This document shows, in pieces, positions 27,529 to 37,733 of a stretch of DNA of 64,000 nucleotides (position 1 is its first letter; the number at the start of each line of letters is the position of its first letter). Location of the stretch: the NCBI GenBank assembly GCA_029781595.1, contig JAKOWJ010000280.1, positions 7,042 to 71,041 of the forward strand. The letters are read 5' to 3'. The stretch comes from Pseudomonadota bacterium. GTDB taxonomy: Bacteria > Pseudomonadota > Gammaproteobacteria > Burkholderiales > Usitatibacteraceae. The translations under genes and the position numbers were made by a program. The notes beneath the pieces were generated by a model. That model did no database searches, was not told where the DNA came from, and was given only the letters and a program-made list of their open reading frames with translations.

Positions 27529-28617
27529 TCAGGGTACAGCAAGTTGGCGAAAGAGCCCGCCCGGGAGCCTTTCCACCCGGCCCTCGAGCTCCAGCCGGGT
27601 GAGGTCTGCCGCGAGGCTGCCCGCGGACAGCCCCGTCCGCAGCGCCAGGGCGTCGACGCTGGCCGGGGCGTGGGCGAGGGCATCCAGCAGGGGCTCCCCG
27701 GCCGGTGACGGTGAAGGCGGAAGGGCGGCGGTCCCTTCGGGCGCCCGCCCCAGCTCGACCAGGAGGTCCTCGGCCGACTCCACGAGCTTGGCGCCCTGCT
27801 TGAGCAGCCAGTGGCAACCCTTGGACAACGGTGCGTGGATCGAGCCGGGGATCGCGAAGACCTCGCGCCCCTGGTCCAGCGCGAGACGGGCCGTGGTGAG
27901 CGAGCCGCTGTGGATGGCGGCCTCGACCACCAGGACGCCGCGGGACAACCCGCTGATGATCCGGTTGCGGCGCGGAAAGTGGTCGGCGGCCGGTGGCGTG
28001 CCCAGCGGGAACTCGGAGACCACCGCCCCGCGCCCGGCCAGTTCGTGCGCCAGTTCCCGGTTGGCGGCGGGGTAGACCCTGTCGAGTCCCGTGGCCACGA
28101 CGGCCACGCTGGAGCAAGCGCCTGCGAGCCCGCCGCGGTGGGCGGCCGCGTCGATGCCGAGGGCGAGGCCGCTCGCGATCGTGAAGCCGGCGTCCGACAG
28201 CGACCGCGCGAATTCGCGTGCGTCGAGCTCGCCCTGCCGCGTGGCGTTGCGGCTGCCGACGACCGCCAGCGAGGGCCGGGAAAGCAATCGGATGTCTCCC
28301 AGCGCGAAGAGGATCGTCGGCGGGTCGGCGATCTGCAGCAGGCAGGGCGGATACTCCGCGTCTCCCAGAGCCAGGAGATGGTGGCCGGGCGACTGAAGCC
28401 AGGCCAGGGTCCTGTCCACGAGGTCGGCCGAAGCGCCCTGGGCCAGCCGCCCGGCGACCGCGGCCCCGGCAACCGCCGAGACGGCCGAGCCGGATGCCTC
28501 GCAGGCCGTGGCCGGGGAGCCGAAGGCGCGCAGGAGGGCACGCTGGGCGGCCGGTGGCACGCCCGGCACCAGGCACAGGCGCAGCCACTCGGCGGCATCC
28601 GGGCGCACGTCAGGCAC
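27529..28617 (-). CDS. dprA: DNA-processing protein DprA (Smf)
   Basis: AVVGSRNAT, SGLALGIDAAAH, FPRRNRIISGL. Confidence 0.96.
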   Translation of the reverse strand: MPDVRPDAAEWLRLCLVPGVPPAAQRALLRAFGSPATACEASGSAVSAVAGAAVAGRLAQGASADLVDRTLAWLQSPGHHLLALGDAEYPPCLLQIADPPTILFALGDIRLLSRPSLAVVGSRNATRQGELDAREFARSLSDAGFTIASGLALGIDAAAHRGGLAGACSSVAVVATGLDRVYPAANRELAHELAGRGAVVSEFPLGTPPAADHFPRRNRIISGLSRGVLVVEAAIHSGSLTTARLALDQGREVFAIPGSIHAPLSKGCHWLLKQGAKLVESAEDLLVELGRAPEGTAALPPSPSPAGEPLLDALAHAPASVDALALRTGLSAGSLAADLTRLELEGRVERLPGGLFRQLAVP

Positions 28618-28687
28618 TGCGGTCTCCGGGGAAGAGGGGGGGGTGATCCTACAACGGGCGGGCCCGGCCGTCGCTGACCGGGCGCCG

Positions 28688-28715
28688 AAAAAGAATCGGG
28701 GGCTTGCGCCCCCGA
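28688..28715 (-). terminator. Terminator-like hairpin after the LysM gene
   Basis: TCGGGGGC-GCAA-GCCCCCGA followed by TTCTTTTT on the minus strand. Confidence 0.7.
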
Positions 28716-28743
28716 CTTCGAATCCCGGTCCCGTGCCCTGACG

Positions 28744-29943
28744 TCAGGGCGTGCGCACCGTGTCGCCCACGGAGATGGGCCGCACGCTCTTCATGACGAT
28801 CCCGTAGGAGATCTTCTCGAAGGTCCGGAAGATGAAGACCAGGCCGCTGCGCTCTTCCGGCAGCACGAGCTTCTCGGGGCCGGAGGCGGGCATGGGCTCG
28901 GACTTGGGGTCGGCGTTGGCCACGACCGTGTCCTTGACCGGAGGCGCCGGCGTGAGCTCGATGGCGTGGTGACCGAAGTTGAACAGCTCGCCGATGAGCG
29001 GTGGGCGGGCGTTGCCGCGGATGAGCTGGTTGCTCGCGCGGACGGTCGCGAGGACATGCCCCACCTCGACGCCATCGCGGGAGCCGCGGTTGATCGTGAC
29101 GATCGAATATTGCGCGATGTCCGACACGCCCCCGCGGACCGACAGGATGGTGCCGCGGATGGGCTTGTCGGGCGCGCGCGGCACGTAGGACGGGAAGGAG
29201 ACCTCGCGGGCGGGCATCAGGCGGTCGCCCTGGTTGATCTCCTCGCGGGCGCGCGTCACCTCGACGGTGCTCGGGGAGCCGAAGCGCTTCACGCGCGCGT
29301 CGCCCACGTGGATCGCCTCGAAGCCCAGAACCTCGCCGGTGTCGGGGTCCTTGAGCGTCTCGCCCGGGCGGAAGATCTGCCAGTTGATCGGGTCGCCGAC
29401 CTTCATGCCCGAGACGTAGGCGATATTTCCGGCGCCGATGATGACGCGCTCCTCCTCCGTCGCGACGATCCGCGGGAAGGAATCCACGGTGCCCGGATCG
29501 ACCACGAGCGGCTGCGTGAGGAACGGGCCGATGGCCGTGCCCGGGATCGTCGGCACCGCCCTGGCGAGCGGCTCGATGCGCGTGCGCGGCTCGAGCTTCA
29601 CGACGTTGCCGACCGCGGCGGCCATGCCCCCGCCCGAAACGAGCGAAAGCGACGGCGACAGCCCGGAACGATCGAGCCGGATGATGTCGCCCGGATAGAT
29701 GAGGTGCGGGTTCTTGATCTGGTCGCGGTTCATCTGCCAGATCTGCGGCCACTTCCACGGTTCCTTGAGGAACTTGCCGGAAATCGCCCAGAGCGTGTCG
29801 CCCTTCTGGACGGTGTACTCCGTGGGAGCGTCGGCCTGCAGGTCGTTCATCGAGGCCTTCGCGGTGGCGGCTTCCTCCGCGGATGCCAGGCCCGGAACCA
29901 AACTGGCCGAAGCGACGACTAACGCTATAATGAGCTTTCGCAT
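28744..29943 (-). CDS. LysM peptidoglycan-binding protein (TsaP-like type IV pilus secretin-associated protein)
   Basis: Signal peptide, YTVQKGDTLWAIS...WPQIW...IKNPHLIYPG; conserved position between def and dprA. Confidence 0.85.
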   Translation of the reverse strand: MRKLIIALVVASASLVPGLASAEEAATAKASMNDLQADAPTEYTVQKGDTLWAISGKFLKEPWKWPQIWQMNRDQIKNPHLIYPGDIIRLDRSGLSPSLSLVSGGGMAAAVGNVVKLEPRTRIEPLARAVPTIPGTAIGPFLTQPLVVDPGTVDSFPRIVATEEERVIIGAGNIAYVSGMKVGDPINWQIFRPGETLKDPDTGEVLGFEAIHVGDARVKRFGSPSTVEVTRAREEINQGDRLMPAREVSFPSYVPRAPDKPIRGTILSVRGGVSDIAQYSIVTINRGSRDGVEVGHVLATVRASNQLIRGNARPPLIGELFNFGHHAIELTPAPPVKDTVVANADPKSEPMPASGPEKLVLPEERSGLVFIFRTFEKISYGIVMKSVRPISVGDTVRTP

Positions 29944-30060
29944 CGCGGCTCTCTCTTTTGGATATGGGGCGAAGGACCCATATTCTGAAAAAGGGTTACG
30001 ACCTCTTTTTCAAGTAGTGCGGTAAATTCTGCGCTTAATCTGTTCTATTAGCAAGCATTT

Positions 30061-30564
30061 ATGGCCATTCTCGAGATCCTCCAATACCCCGACCCGCGCC
30101 TGCACCTGCCGGCCGCCCGCGTCGAGAAGATCGACGACGCCACGCGCCAGCTGGTCGCCGACATGGCCGAGACGATGTACGCGGCCGAGGGGGTGGGGCT
30201 CGCGGCTACGCAGGTGAACGTTCACCAACAGGTGATCGTCATCGACGTCAGCCCGGACCAGACGGACCTGCGGGTCTTCATCAACCCGGAGATCATCCGC
30301 CGAGAGGGGCTCGCGCTCAATCAGGAAGGGTGCCTGTCCGTCCCGGGAATCTACGAGAACGTCGAGCGGGCGGACGCCGTCACCGTCACCGCCCTGGACG
30401 CCAATGGCGCCCGGTTCACGCTCAACGCCTCCGGGCTGCTCGCGACGTGCATCCAGCACGAGATGGACCACCTCCTCGGAAAGGTCTTCGTCGAGCACCT
30501 GTCCGAGCTCAAGCAGAACCGGATACGCGCCAAGCTCAAGAAGCGCCAGCGCAAGGCCGCGTAG
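30061..30564 (+). CDS. def: Peptide deformylase
   Basis: [20 protein letters not shown]. Confidence 0.98.
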   Translation: MAILEILQYPDPRLHLPAARVEKIDDATRQLVADMAETMYAAEGVGLAATQVNVHQQVIVIDVSPDQTDLRVFINPEIIRREGLALNQEGCLSVPGIYENVERADAVTVTALDANGARFTLNASGLLATCIQHEMDHLLGKVFVEHLSELKQNRIRAKLKKRQRKAA

Positions 30565-30571
30565 CGCCCGC

Positions 30572-31510
30572 TTGCGACTCGCCTTCGCCGGCACGCCAGC
30601 CTTCGCCGCGCGGGCCCTGGAGGCACTGCACGCGGCGGGCCACGACATCGTCCTGGTACTTTCCCAGCCGGATCGGCCGGCCGGTCGTGGCATGCGGCTG
30701 CAGCCGAGCGCCGTCGCCCTGGCGGCTTCCGAGCGAAACCTGCCGGTCTGGAAACCCACGAACCTGAAGTCCCCGGAGGCCCGCGAGCCGCTGGTGGCGG
30801 CACGGCCGGAGGTTGTCGTCGTCGCAGCGTACGGCCTGATCCTCCCGGAGTCAGTGCTCACAATTCCTCCGCGAGGCTGCATCAACATCCACGCTTCCCT
30901 ATTGCCGCGCTGGCGTGGCGCGGCGCCGATCCAGCGTGCCGTGGAGGCAGGTGACGATCGCACGGGAATCTCCATCATGCGGATGGAAGCCGGCCTGGAC
31001 ACGGGCCCCGTCCTGCTCGAGCGGTCGACGGCCATCGGCCCTGCCGAGACGGCAGGCGAACTGACCGACCGCCTCGCGACCCTGGGGGCGGAGGCGATCG
31101 TCGACGCGCTGGCCCGGCTCGACTCGCTGGAGCCCGTCGCCCAGGACCCCGCGGGCGTTACCTATGCCGCGAAGGTCGCCAAGGCGGACGCTGCGATCGA
31201 CTGGCGACGCGATGCGGCATCCCTGGACCGGCAGGTGCGCGCATTCAATCCCGCGCCGGGAGCGGAAACGCGCCTGGGCGACGAGGCGATCAAGGTCTGG
31301 GCGGCCCGGCCGGTGGCGGCCCGGGGGCCCGCGGGGGAGGTGGTCGGGATGGACGACGGCTGTCCCGTGGTGGCCTGCGGTACGGGTGGGCTCGCGCTCG
31401 CCGTCCTGCAGCGACCCGGCGGGCGCCGGCTCCCGGCCGACGAATTCCTGAAGGGACGGCCCCTTCCGGCCGGGACGCGATTGCGAAACGTGAACGCGGC
31501 GGACGCTTGA
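30572..31510 (+). CDS. fmt: Methionyl-tRNA formyltransferase (TTG start)
   Basis: [39 protein letters not shown]. Confidence 0.96.
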   Translation: MRLAFAGTPAFAARALEALHAAGHDIVLVLSQPDRPAGRGMRLQPSAVALAASERNLPVWKPTNLKSPEAREPLVAARPEVVVVAAYGLILPESVLTIPPRGCINIHASLLPRWRGAAPIQRAVEAGDDRTGISIMRMEAGLDTGPVLLERSTAIGPAETAGELTDRLATLGAEAIVDALARLDSLEPVAQDPAGVTYAAKVAKADAAIDWRRDAASLDRQVRAFNPAPGAETRLGDEAIKVWAARPVAARGPAGEVVGMDDGCPVVACGTGGLALAVLQRPGGRRLPADEFLKGRPLPAGTRLRNVNAADA

Positions 31511-31576
31511 ATTCCCCGCGCGCGGTGGCATCTTGCCCATGCCGCGATCGCGCGGCGTCGATCCTCTAGGAGTCCC

Positions 31577-32425
31577 ATGTTCGGCAACTGGTTGAAGACC
31601 TCGCTCCTCATGGCGGCGATCGTGGCCCTGTTCGGCACCGTGGGCGCAGTGATCGGTGGCGCCCAGGGGATGATCCTCGCCCTGGTGCTCGGCGGCGCGA
31701 TGAACCTCTGGGCCTACTGGTTCTCGGACCGGATGGTCCTCAGGATGTACAACGCGCAGGAGGTCGACGAGCACTCCGCGCCCTCGCTCTACCGGATGGT
31801 CCGGGAACTCTCGCAGCGGGCCGGGCTGCCCATGCCGCGCGTCTACGTGATCGACGAGGAACAGCCCAACGCCTTCGCTACCGGTCGCAACCCCGAGAAC
31901 GCGGCCGTGGCGGCGACCACGGGCATCATGCGCGTGCTCACGGAGCGCGAGCTTCGCGGCGTGATGGCGCACGAGCTCTCGCACGTGCGCCATCGCGACA
32001 TCCTGATCTCGACGATCTCGGCGACGGTGGCCGGGGCCATCTCTTCCATCGCCCAGTTCGGCATGTTCTTCGGCGGCCGCGACGAAGACGGGCGGCCCGC
32101 CAATCCCGTGGTGACTCTGCTCGTGGTGATCCTGGCGCCCGTCGCCGCGATGCTCATCCAGTTCGCGATCTCTCGGGCGCGGGAGTTCGAGGCCGACCGG
32201 GGCGGCGCCGAGATCAGCGACGATCCCGGGGCGCTGGCCTCGGCGCTCGAGAAGATCCACCGCTACGCGCAGGGCATCCCGCTGGAGCCCGCCGAGGCGC
32301 ACCCCGCGACGGCGCAGATGATGATCATGAACCCGCTTTCCGGCGGCGGCGTGGCCGGTCTCTTCAGCACGCACCCCGATACCGGCGAGCGGGTGGCGAG
32401 GCTGCGGGCCATGGCGGCCCGATGA
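31577..32425 (+). CDS. htpX: Zinc metalloprotease HtpX
   Basis: [26 protein letters not shown]. Confidence 0.95.
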   Translation: MFGNWLKTSLLMAAIVALFGTVGAVIGGAQGMILALVLGGAMNLWAYWFSDRMVLRMYNAQEVDEHSAPSLYRMVRELSQRAGLPMPRVYVIDEEQPNAFATGRNPENAAVAATTGIMRVLTERELRGVMAHELSHVRHRDILISTISATVAGAISSIAQFGMFFGGRDEDGRPANPVVTLLVVILAPVAAMLIQFAISRAREFEADRGGAEISDDPGALASALEKIHRYAQGIPLEPAEAHPATAQMMIMNPLSGGGVAGLFSTHPDTGERVARLRAMAAR

Positions 32426-32475
32426 TGGCCCGCTGACGCGGACCCTGCGCGTCACGAGACCAGCCGGCGAGATCC

Positions 32476-33744
32476 GTGCTCGAGATCCAGCTCTGCGCGG
32501 CGGAAGTCCTCGGCGAGGTCCTGGCGGGCAGGAACCTCACCCAGTCCCTTGAGAAGGCGCTTCGCGGCCGCCCCGGCCTGGCCCCGGGCGATCGCGCTGC
32601 GGTCCGCGAGATCTGCTACGACGGATTGCGCTCCCTCGGGCTGCTCGAGGCCCAGCTCTCCAAGCTCCTGCTGACGCCCGTGCGCCACGGCGGGTTGCGC
32701 AGCTTGCTGCTGGTCGGCCTGGCGCAGCTTCAATTCACCCGGGCCAAGCCGTACGCGGTCGTGGACCACGCTGTCCGGGCCGCCGAACGGCTGGGCCAGC
32801 CCGCGGCCAGGGGCCTCGTGAACGCGGTGCTTCGCAACTTCCTGCGCCGCCAGGGCGATCTGGGCCGCGATGCGTGGTCCACGGACGAGGCACGGCACGG
32901 CTTCCCGGGGTGGTGGGTCGACAAGCTGCGCACCCAGTACCCGGACCGCTGGGAGGCCATCGTCGAGTCCGAGGGGCGGCATCCGCCCATGACGCTCCGG
33001 GTGAACCGGCGGCGAAGCACCGTGCCGCGAACGCTGGAAGCGCTCGAGGCCGCGGGAATCGGCGCGCGCGCCCTGCGTGGCGAAGCCATCGTGATCGATC
33101 CGCGCCCGGTCGCGGAGATTCCCGGCTTTGCGCAGGGGTTGGTCAGCGTCCAGGACGCCGGAGCGCAATGGGCGGCCACCCTGCTGGATGTCTCCGACGG
33201 CCAGCGCGTCCTGGACGCCTGCGCCGCGCCAGGGGGCAAAACCGGCCATCTCCTGGAGCTGGCGGACGTCGACGTGCTGGCCCTGGACAGCGATGGCGCC
33301 CGGCTGGCCAGGGTCCGGGAGAACCTGGACCGGCTGGGCCTGGAAGCGACGCTGGCCTGCGCCGATGCCCGGGACCCGTCGGGCTGGTGGGACGGACGGC
33401 CGTTCGCGAGGATCCTCCTGGACGCCCCGTGCAGCGCCTCCGGGGTGGCCCGGCGGCAGCCCGACGTGCGCTGGAACCGTCGACCCTCGGACCTCCCGAA
33501 GTTCGCCGCCGGGCAGGCACGGCTGCTCGAGGCGATGTGGCAAGTCCTTGAGACTAGTGGTAAATTACTCTACGCGACCTGCTCCGTGTTCCGGGAAGAG
33601 AACGAGGCCACCGTGGAGGCTTTTCTCGCCCGGCACGCGGATGCGCAGGCGTGCACGTTTTCCGACGGCGCGCCTCACGGCGGCCGGGTGTTGCCCGACG
33701 ACGATCACGATGGCTTCTTCTATGCCCTTCTGGAAAAGCGCTAG
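32476..33744 (+). CDS. rsmB: 16S rRNA m5C967 methyltransferase
   Basis: NusB-like N-terminus, VQD, DACAAPGGKT, DAPCS, YATCS, DGFFYA. Confidence 0.95.
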   Translation: MLEIQLCAAEVLGEVLAGRNLTQSLEKALRGRPGLAPGDRAAVREICYDGLRSLGLLEAQLSKLLLTPVRHGGLRSLLLVGLAQLQFTRAKPYAVVDHAVRAAERLGQPAARGLVNAVLRNFLRRQGDLGRDAWSTDEARHGFPGWWVDKLRTQYPDRWEAIVESEGRHPPMTLRVNRRRSTVPRTLEALEAAGIGARALRGEAIVIDPRPVAEIPGFAQGLVSVQDAGAQWAATLLDVSDGQRVLDACAAPGGKTGHLLELADVDVLALDSDGARLARVRENLDRLGLEATLACADARDPSGWWDGRPFARILLDAPCSASGVARRQPDVRWNRRPSDLPKFAAGQARLLEAMWQVLETSGKLLYATCSVFREENEATVEAFLARHADAQACTFSDGAPHGGRVLPDDDHDGFFYALLEKR

Positions 33745-34303
33745 TCGCCCGTGGCGGGCGGCGCTGGGGGCATTGCTGATCGCGATCGGCGCCCTCAGCG
33801 CGGCCTCGCCTGCGATCGCGGAGGGCATCACGCCGCTGCGCGCGGCCGTCGAGTCCACGCCGGACGGCTATCGCCTCGACGCGCAGTTCGACATCCACTT
33901 CAGCCCGGGCCTCGAGGAAGCGGTCAACCGCGGCGTCGCGCTCTACTTCGTGGTCGAGTTCGAGCTCTCCAAGCCGAGGTGGTACTGGTTCGACGAGAAG
34001 CCGGTGCAGCTGTCGCAGACGTACAAGATCACCTACACGCCGCTGTTGCGGCAGTACCGCCTGTCCGCCGGAAGCGCTTACCAGAACTTCACGCGCTTCG
34101 AGGACGTGGTGAGCGCCCTCTCGCGGGTGCGCGGCTGGCCTGTGGCCGACGCCGGCGCCCTGCGGCGGGATGTCGGCTACCAGGCCGCGATCCGGATGCG
34201 TCTGGACACGACGCAGCTGCCCAAGCCCTTCCAACTCAATGCAGTCGCCTCGAGCGACTGGAACCTCAGCTCGGATTGGTATCGGTGGACCGTCAATCCA
34301 TGA
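33710..34303 (+). CDS. Exported DUF4390-like protein (start uncertain)
   Basis: Signal peptide, GVALYF, RWYWFD, LPKPFQ; conserved position between rsmB and the kinase. Confidence 0.8.
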   Translation: MASSMPFWKSASRPWRAALGALLIAIGALSAASPAIAEGITPLRAAVESTPDGYRLDAQFDIHFSPGLEEAVNRGVALYFVVEFELSKPRWYWFDEKPVQLSQTYKITYTPLLRQYRLSAGSAYQNFTRFEDVVSALSRVRGWPVADAGALRRDVGYQAAIRMRLDTTQLPKPFQLNAVASSDWNLSSDWYRWTVNP

Positions 34304-36420
34304 GGCCGTTGATCCTGCTGTGCGTGGTGACGGGCGCAGGACTCGTCTACCTCATGTCGCAGGCCTCATCGAACACCACCCTCTTCACCCAGAACTATCC
34401 CGCGCTCCTCGGCCTCGGCGGACTGCTGTCGCTGGGCCTGATGGCGCTCATCGGCTACCAGATGGTCGTCCTTCGGCGAAAGCTGAAGGAGCGGGTCTTC
34501 GGCTCCAAGCTCACGCTGCGCCTGATGGTGGTCTTCGCCCTGATGGCCCTGGTGCCCGGCGGGCTGGTGTACGCGATCTCCTTCCAGTTCCTTCAGCGCT
34601 CCATCGAGTCGTGGTTCGACGTGCGAATGGACAAGGCGCTGGAAGGGGGCCTGAACCTCGCCCGCAGCACGCTGGACAGCTCGCTGCGCGAGCTGGCGCA
34701 GAAGGCCGAGTCGATGGCGCAGTCCCTCGCCTCCGCCCAGGGCATCGAGCCTGCCACGCTCAACCGCCTGCGCGAGCAGTACGGCGTGGAGGAGGCCACC
34801 CTGTTCACGCAGCGCGGCAAGGTCCTCGCGTTCGCCTCGCTGGACGCGACGTCGCTGCAGCCGGACCTGCCGGGCCCCAACGTGGTCCGCCAGGTGCGCG
34901 CGCAGCAGCAGGTGCGCTCGATAGAATCGGTGCCCGACCGGGGCCTGCTCCTTCGCGTGATCGTGCCGGTGAACGTGCTCACGATCGCCGAGGACATCCG
35001 CATCCTCCAGCTGCAGCAGCGCGTGCCCGCGGCGGTGGCCCAGGACGCGCGGGTCGTCGACCAGGGCTGGCGCGACTACCAGGAACTCACCCTCGCGCGC
35101 GTGAACCTCAAGCGCATCTTCGGCCTCACGCTCACGCTGGCGATGCTGCTCACCCTGTTCTCCTCCATCGCCCTGGCGTTCCTCCTCTCCGAGCGCCTCT
35201 CCTCGCCGCTGTCGGCCCTGGCGGAGGCCACCCGGGCCATCGCGAAGGGCGACTACAGCCGCCTGAACCCCGTGCGCAGCCGCGACGAGTTCGGCGTGCT
35301 CACGCAGTCGTTCAACACCATGACGCGGCAGATCGCGGACGCCACGGACGCGATGGAGCGCAACCAGCAGCAGCTGGAGAACGCGAAGACCTACCTCGAG
35401 AGCATCCTGTCGAACCTCACCTCCGGGGTGCTCACCTTCGACGAGCGGCTCTACCTGAAGACGGTGAACGCGACGGCCTACGACATCCTCGGGGTGCCGG
35501 CCGGGGCGTTCCACGGCCTGAAGCTGCCCGACTGGACCACGCACGTGGCGACGGTCTCGCCGTTCGCCGAGATCGTCCTGAAGCACTTCGAGTCCGCTTC
35601 GAGCCGCCAGTGGGAGCAGCAGCTCGAGTACCGGCGCCACGACAGCGCGCGCACGCTCCTGGTCCGCGGCACGCGGCTCGCGACGCGGGGCGACACGGGA
35701 TACGTCGTGGTCTTCGACGACATCACGCACCTGGCCCAGGCGCAGCGGGATGCCGCGTGGGGCGAGGTCGCGCGGCGCCTGGCGCACGAGATCAAGAATC
35801 CGCTCACGCCCATCCAGCTTTCCGCCGAGCGCCTCCAGCACAAGCTGCTGCAGAAGCTTCCGGAGTCCGAGGCCGACGTCCTCAAGCGCGCCACCGGCAC
35901 GATCGTGAACCAGGTGACGGCCCTCAAGGGCATGGTGGACGACTTCAGCCAGTACGCGCGCGCCTCGAGGATGACGGCCGAAGAGGTGTCGCTGAACGAC
36001 CTGGTGCGCGAGGTGCTGGTCCTGTACGAGTCCATGGGCGTGCCCATCGAGCCGCACCTCGCCGAGGACCTTCCGCAGGTCCCGGCGGACCCGTCGCTGC
36101 TGCGTCAGGTGCTCCACAACCTCATCCAGAACGCGATCGATGCCCTGTCGGGCGCCGACCAGCCGCGCATCGTCGTCACTTCCTCTCGCGCCGCGGAGGG
36201 CATCTCGCTCTCGGTGAGCGACAACGGCGCGGGCATCGCCGACTCGGTCTTCGGCCGGATCTTCGAGCCCTACGTCACCACGAAGCCGAAGGGGACCGGC
36301 CTCGGCCTCGCGATCGTGAAGAAGATCGTCGAGGAGCACCACGGGCACATCGTGGTCGAGAACGTGAAGCCCCACGGCGCCAACGTGAGCATCGTCCTGC
36401 CCCTTCGCAAGGCGGCCTAG
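34300..36420 (+). CDS. NtrY-like sensor histidine kinase (TM-HAMP-PAS-HisKA-HATPase)
   Basis: FGSKLTLRL, SIESWF, WGEVARRLAHEIKNPLTPIQLSAERL, KGTGLGL. Confidence 0.92.
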   Translation: MRPLILLCVVTGAGLVYLMSQASSNTTLFTQNYPALLGLGGLLSLGLMALIGYQMVVLRRKLKERVFGSKLTLRLMVVFALMALVPGGLVYAISFQFLQRSIESWFDVRMDKALEGGLNLARSTLDSSLRELAQKAESMAQSLASAQGIEPATLNRLREQYGVEEATLFTQRGKVLAFASLDATSLQPDLPGPNVVRQVRAQQQVRSIESVPDRGLLLRVIVPVNVLTIAEDIRILQLQQRVPAAVAQDARVVDQGWRDYQELTLARVNLKRIFGLTLTLAMLLTLFSSIALAFLLSERLSSPLSALAEATRAIAKGDYSRLNPVRSRDEFGVLTQSFNTMTRQIADATDAMERNQQQLENAKTYLESILSNLTSGVLTFDERLYLKTVNATAYDILGVPAGAFHGLKLPDWTTHVATVSPFAEIVLKHFESASSRQWEQQLEYRRHDSARTLLVRGTRLATRGDTGYVVVFDDITHLAQAQRDAAWGEVARRLAHEIKNPLTPIQLSAERLQHKLLQKLPESEADVLKRATGTIVNQVTALKGMVDDFSQYARASRMTAEEVSLNDLVREVLVLYESMGVPIEPHLAEDLPQVPADPSLLRQVLHNLIQNAIDALSGADQPRIVVTSSRAAEGISLSVSDNGAGIADSVFGRIFEPYVTTKPKGTGLGLAIVKKIVEEHHGHIVVENVKPHGANVSIVLPLRKAA

Positions 36421-36440
36421 GCGCCGTTTCCCCTCCCGCC

Positions 36441-37724
36441 ATGTCGGCCAACCAGATCCTGGTCGTGGATGACGAAGTCGGCATCCGCGAACTGCTCTTC
36501 GAGATCCTGCGCGACGAGGGCTACGGCGTTCGCCTCGCCGAGAACGCCCAGACGGCGCGCAACCTTCGGCGCGAGATGCGCCCGGACCTCGTCCTGCTGG
36601 ACATCTGGATGCCGGACACCGACGGCATCACCCTCCTCAAGGAGTGGGCCGGCTCGGGGCTGCTCACCATGCCGGTGGTCATGATGTCGGGGCACGGGAC
36701 GATCGATTCCGCGGTCGAGGCGACGCGCATCGGCGCCTTCGACTTCCTCGAGAAGCCGATCAGCCTTCCGAAGCTGCTCGCCACGGTGGGCAAGGCGCTC
36801 GCCGGCGGGCGCGTGCTGCCGCGCGCGGGCCTGGCAATGGCCCAGCTCGGGAAGGCGAGGATCGTGCAGGAGCTTCGCCAGCGGCTGGACCAGGTGGCGC
36901 GCCTTCGCACCCCGGTGCTGCTGGTGGGGGAGCCGGGGTGCGGTTTCGAGATCGCCGCGCGGCACCTGCACCTGCCCAACACGCCGTGGGTGGTCCCGGA
37001 GGAGCCGGACTGGCTCGCGACCAACCCCTTCGGGCCGCTCGGCGAGGCGCGCGACGGCACGCTGTTCATCCCCGAGCTCGCCACGCTGGGCAAGGCCGAG
37101 CAGAAAGGGCTCGGGCAGCTGGTCGCGAAGCTCGAGAAGTTCAACGTCCGGCTGGTGTGCGCCGTGTCTGCGCCCATCGCGAAGATGGTCGAGGAGGGCG
37201 GCTTCGACCCGCAGCTCTACCACCACCTCTCCGGCCTCACCATCCGCGTGCCGTCGATCTCGGAGCATGCGGAGGACGTGCCGGACCTTGCCACCAGCCT
37301 GCTCACCGCGATGGTGGATGCGGGCGAGGTGCCGCTCAAGGTGCTCACGGTCGGCGCGCAGAACGCGCTGCGCAACCTGGATTGGCACGGCAACCTGCCC
37401 GTCCTGCAGAACGCGGTGAAGACCCTCGCGCTCACCACCCTGGGCACCGAGATCGGAGGCGAGGACGTCGCCCGCGTGGCGAGGGAGTTCTCGCTCGTGC
37501 CGCGCGACCAGCCGCCCACGGAGGTGGGGGTCTCGCTGGACCTGCCGCTGCGCGAGGCGCGCGAGCAGTTCGAGCGGCAGTACTTCCTGCACCACATCCG
37601 GCGCGAGGAGGGGAACATGTCGCGCGTGGCGGATCGTGTGGGCCTGGAGCGCACCCACCTCTACCGCAAGCTCAAGCAGCTGGGCATCCGGCCCTCGTCG
37701 CGCGGCGACGACGGGCCGGCCTGA
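36441..37724 (+). CDS. NtrX-like response regulator (REC, degenerate AAA+, Fis HTH)
   Basis: ILVVDDE, LLDIWMPDTDG, MSGHG, GLERTHLYRKLKQLG; Walker A reads GEPGCGF and no GAFTGA is present. Confidence 0.9.
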   Translation: MSANQILVVDDEVGIRELLFEILRDEGYGVRLAENAQTARNLRREMRPDLVLLDIWMPDTDGITLLKEWAGSGLLTMPVVMMSGHGTIDSAVEATRIGAFDFLEKPISLPKLLATVGKALAGGRVLPRAGLAMAQLGKARIVQELRQRLDQVARLRTPVLLVGEPGCGFEIAARHLHLPNTPWVVPEEPDWLATNPFGPLGEARDGTLFIPELATLGKAEQKGLGQLVAKLEKFNVRLVCAVSAPIAKMVEEGGFDPQLYHHLSGLTIRVPSISEHAEDVPDLATSLLTAMVDAGEVPLKVLTVGAQNALRNLDWHGNLPVLQNAVKTLALTTLGTEIGGEDVARVAREFSLVPRDQPPTEVGVSLDLPLREAREQFERQYFLHHIRREEGNMSRVADRVGLERTHLYRKLKQLGIRPSSRGDDGPA

Positions 37725-37733
37725 GCGCGGTCC

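Noticed and set aside
30404..30571. Apparent N-terminal extension or def-fmt overlap in the ORF track
   Set aside because: A TTG at 30572 gives a normal Fmt N-terminus 7 bp after the def stop.
27529..33744. Possible horizontally acquired segment (slightly more A/T at third codon positions in dprA, fmt, rsmB)
   Set aside because: The genes are core and in conserved order, with no integrase, tRNA or flanking repeats; weaker codon bias explains it.
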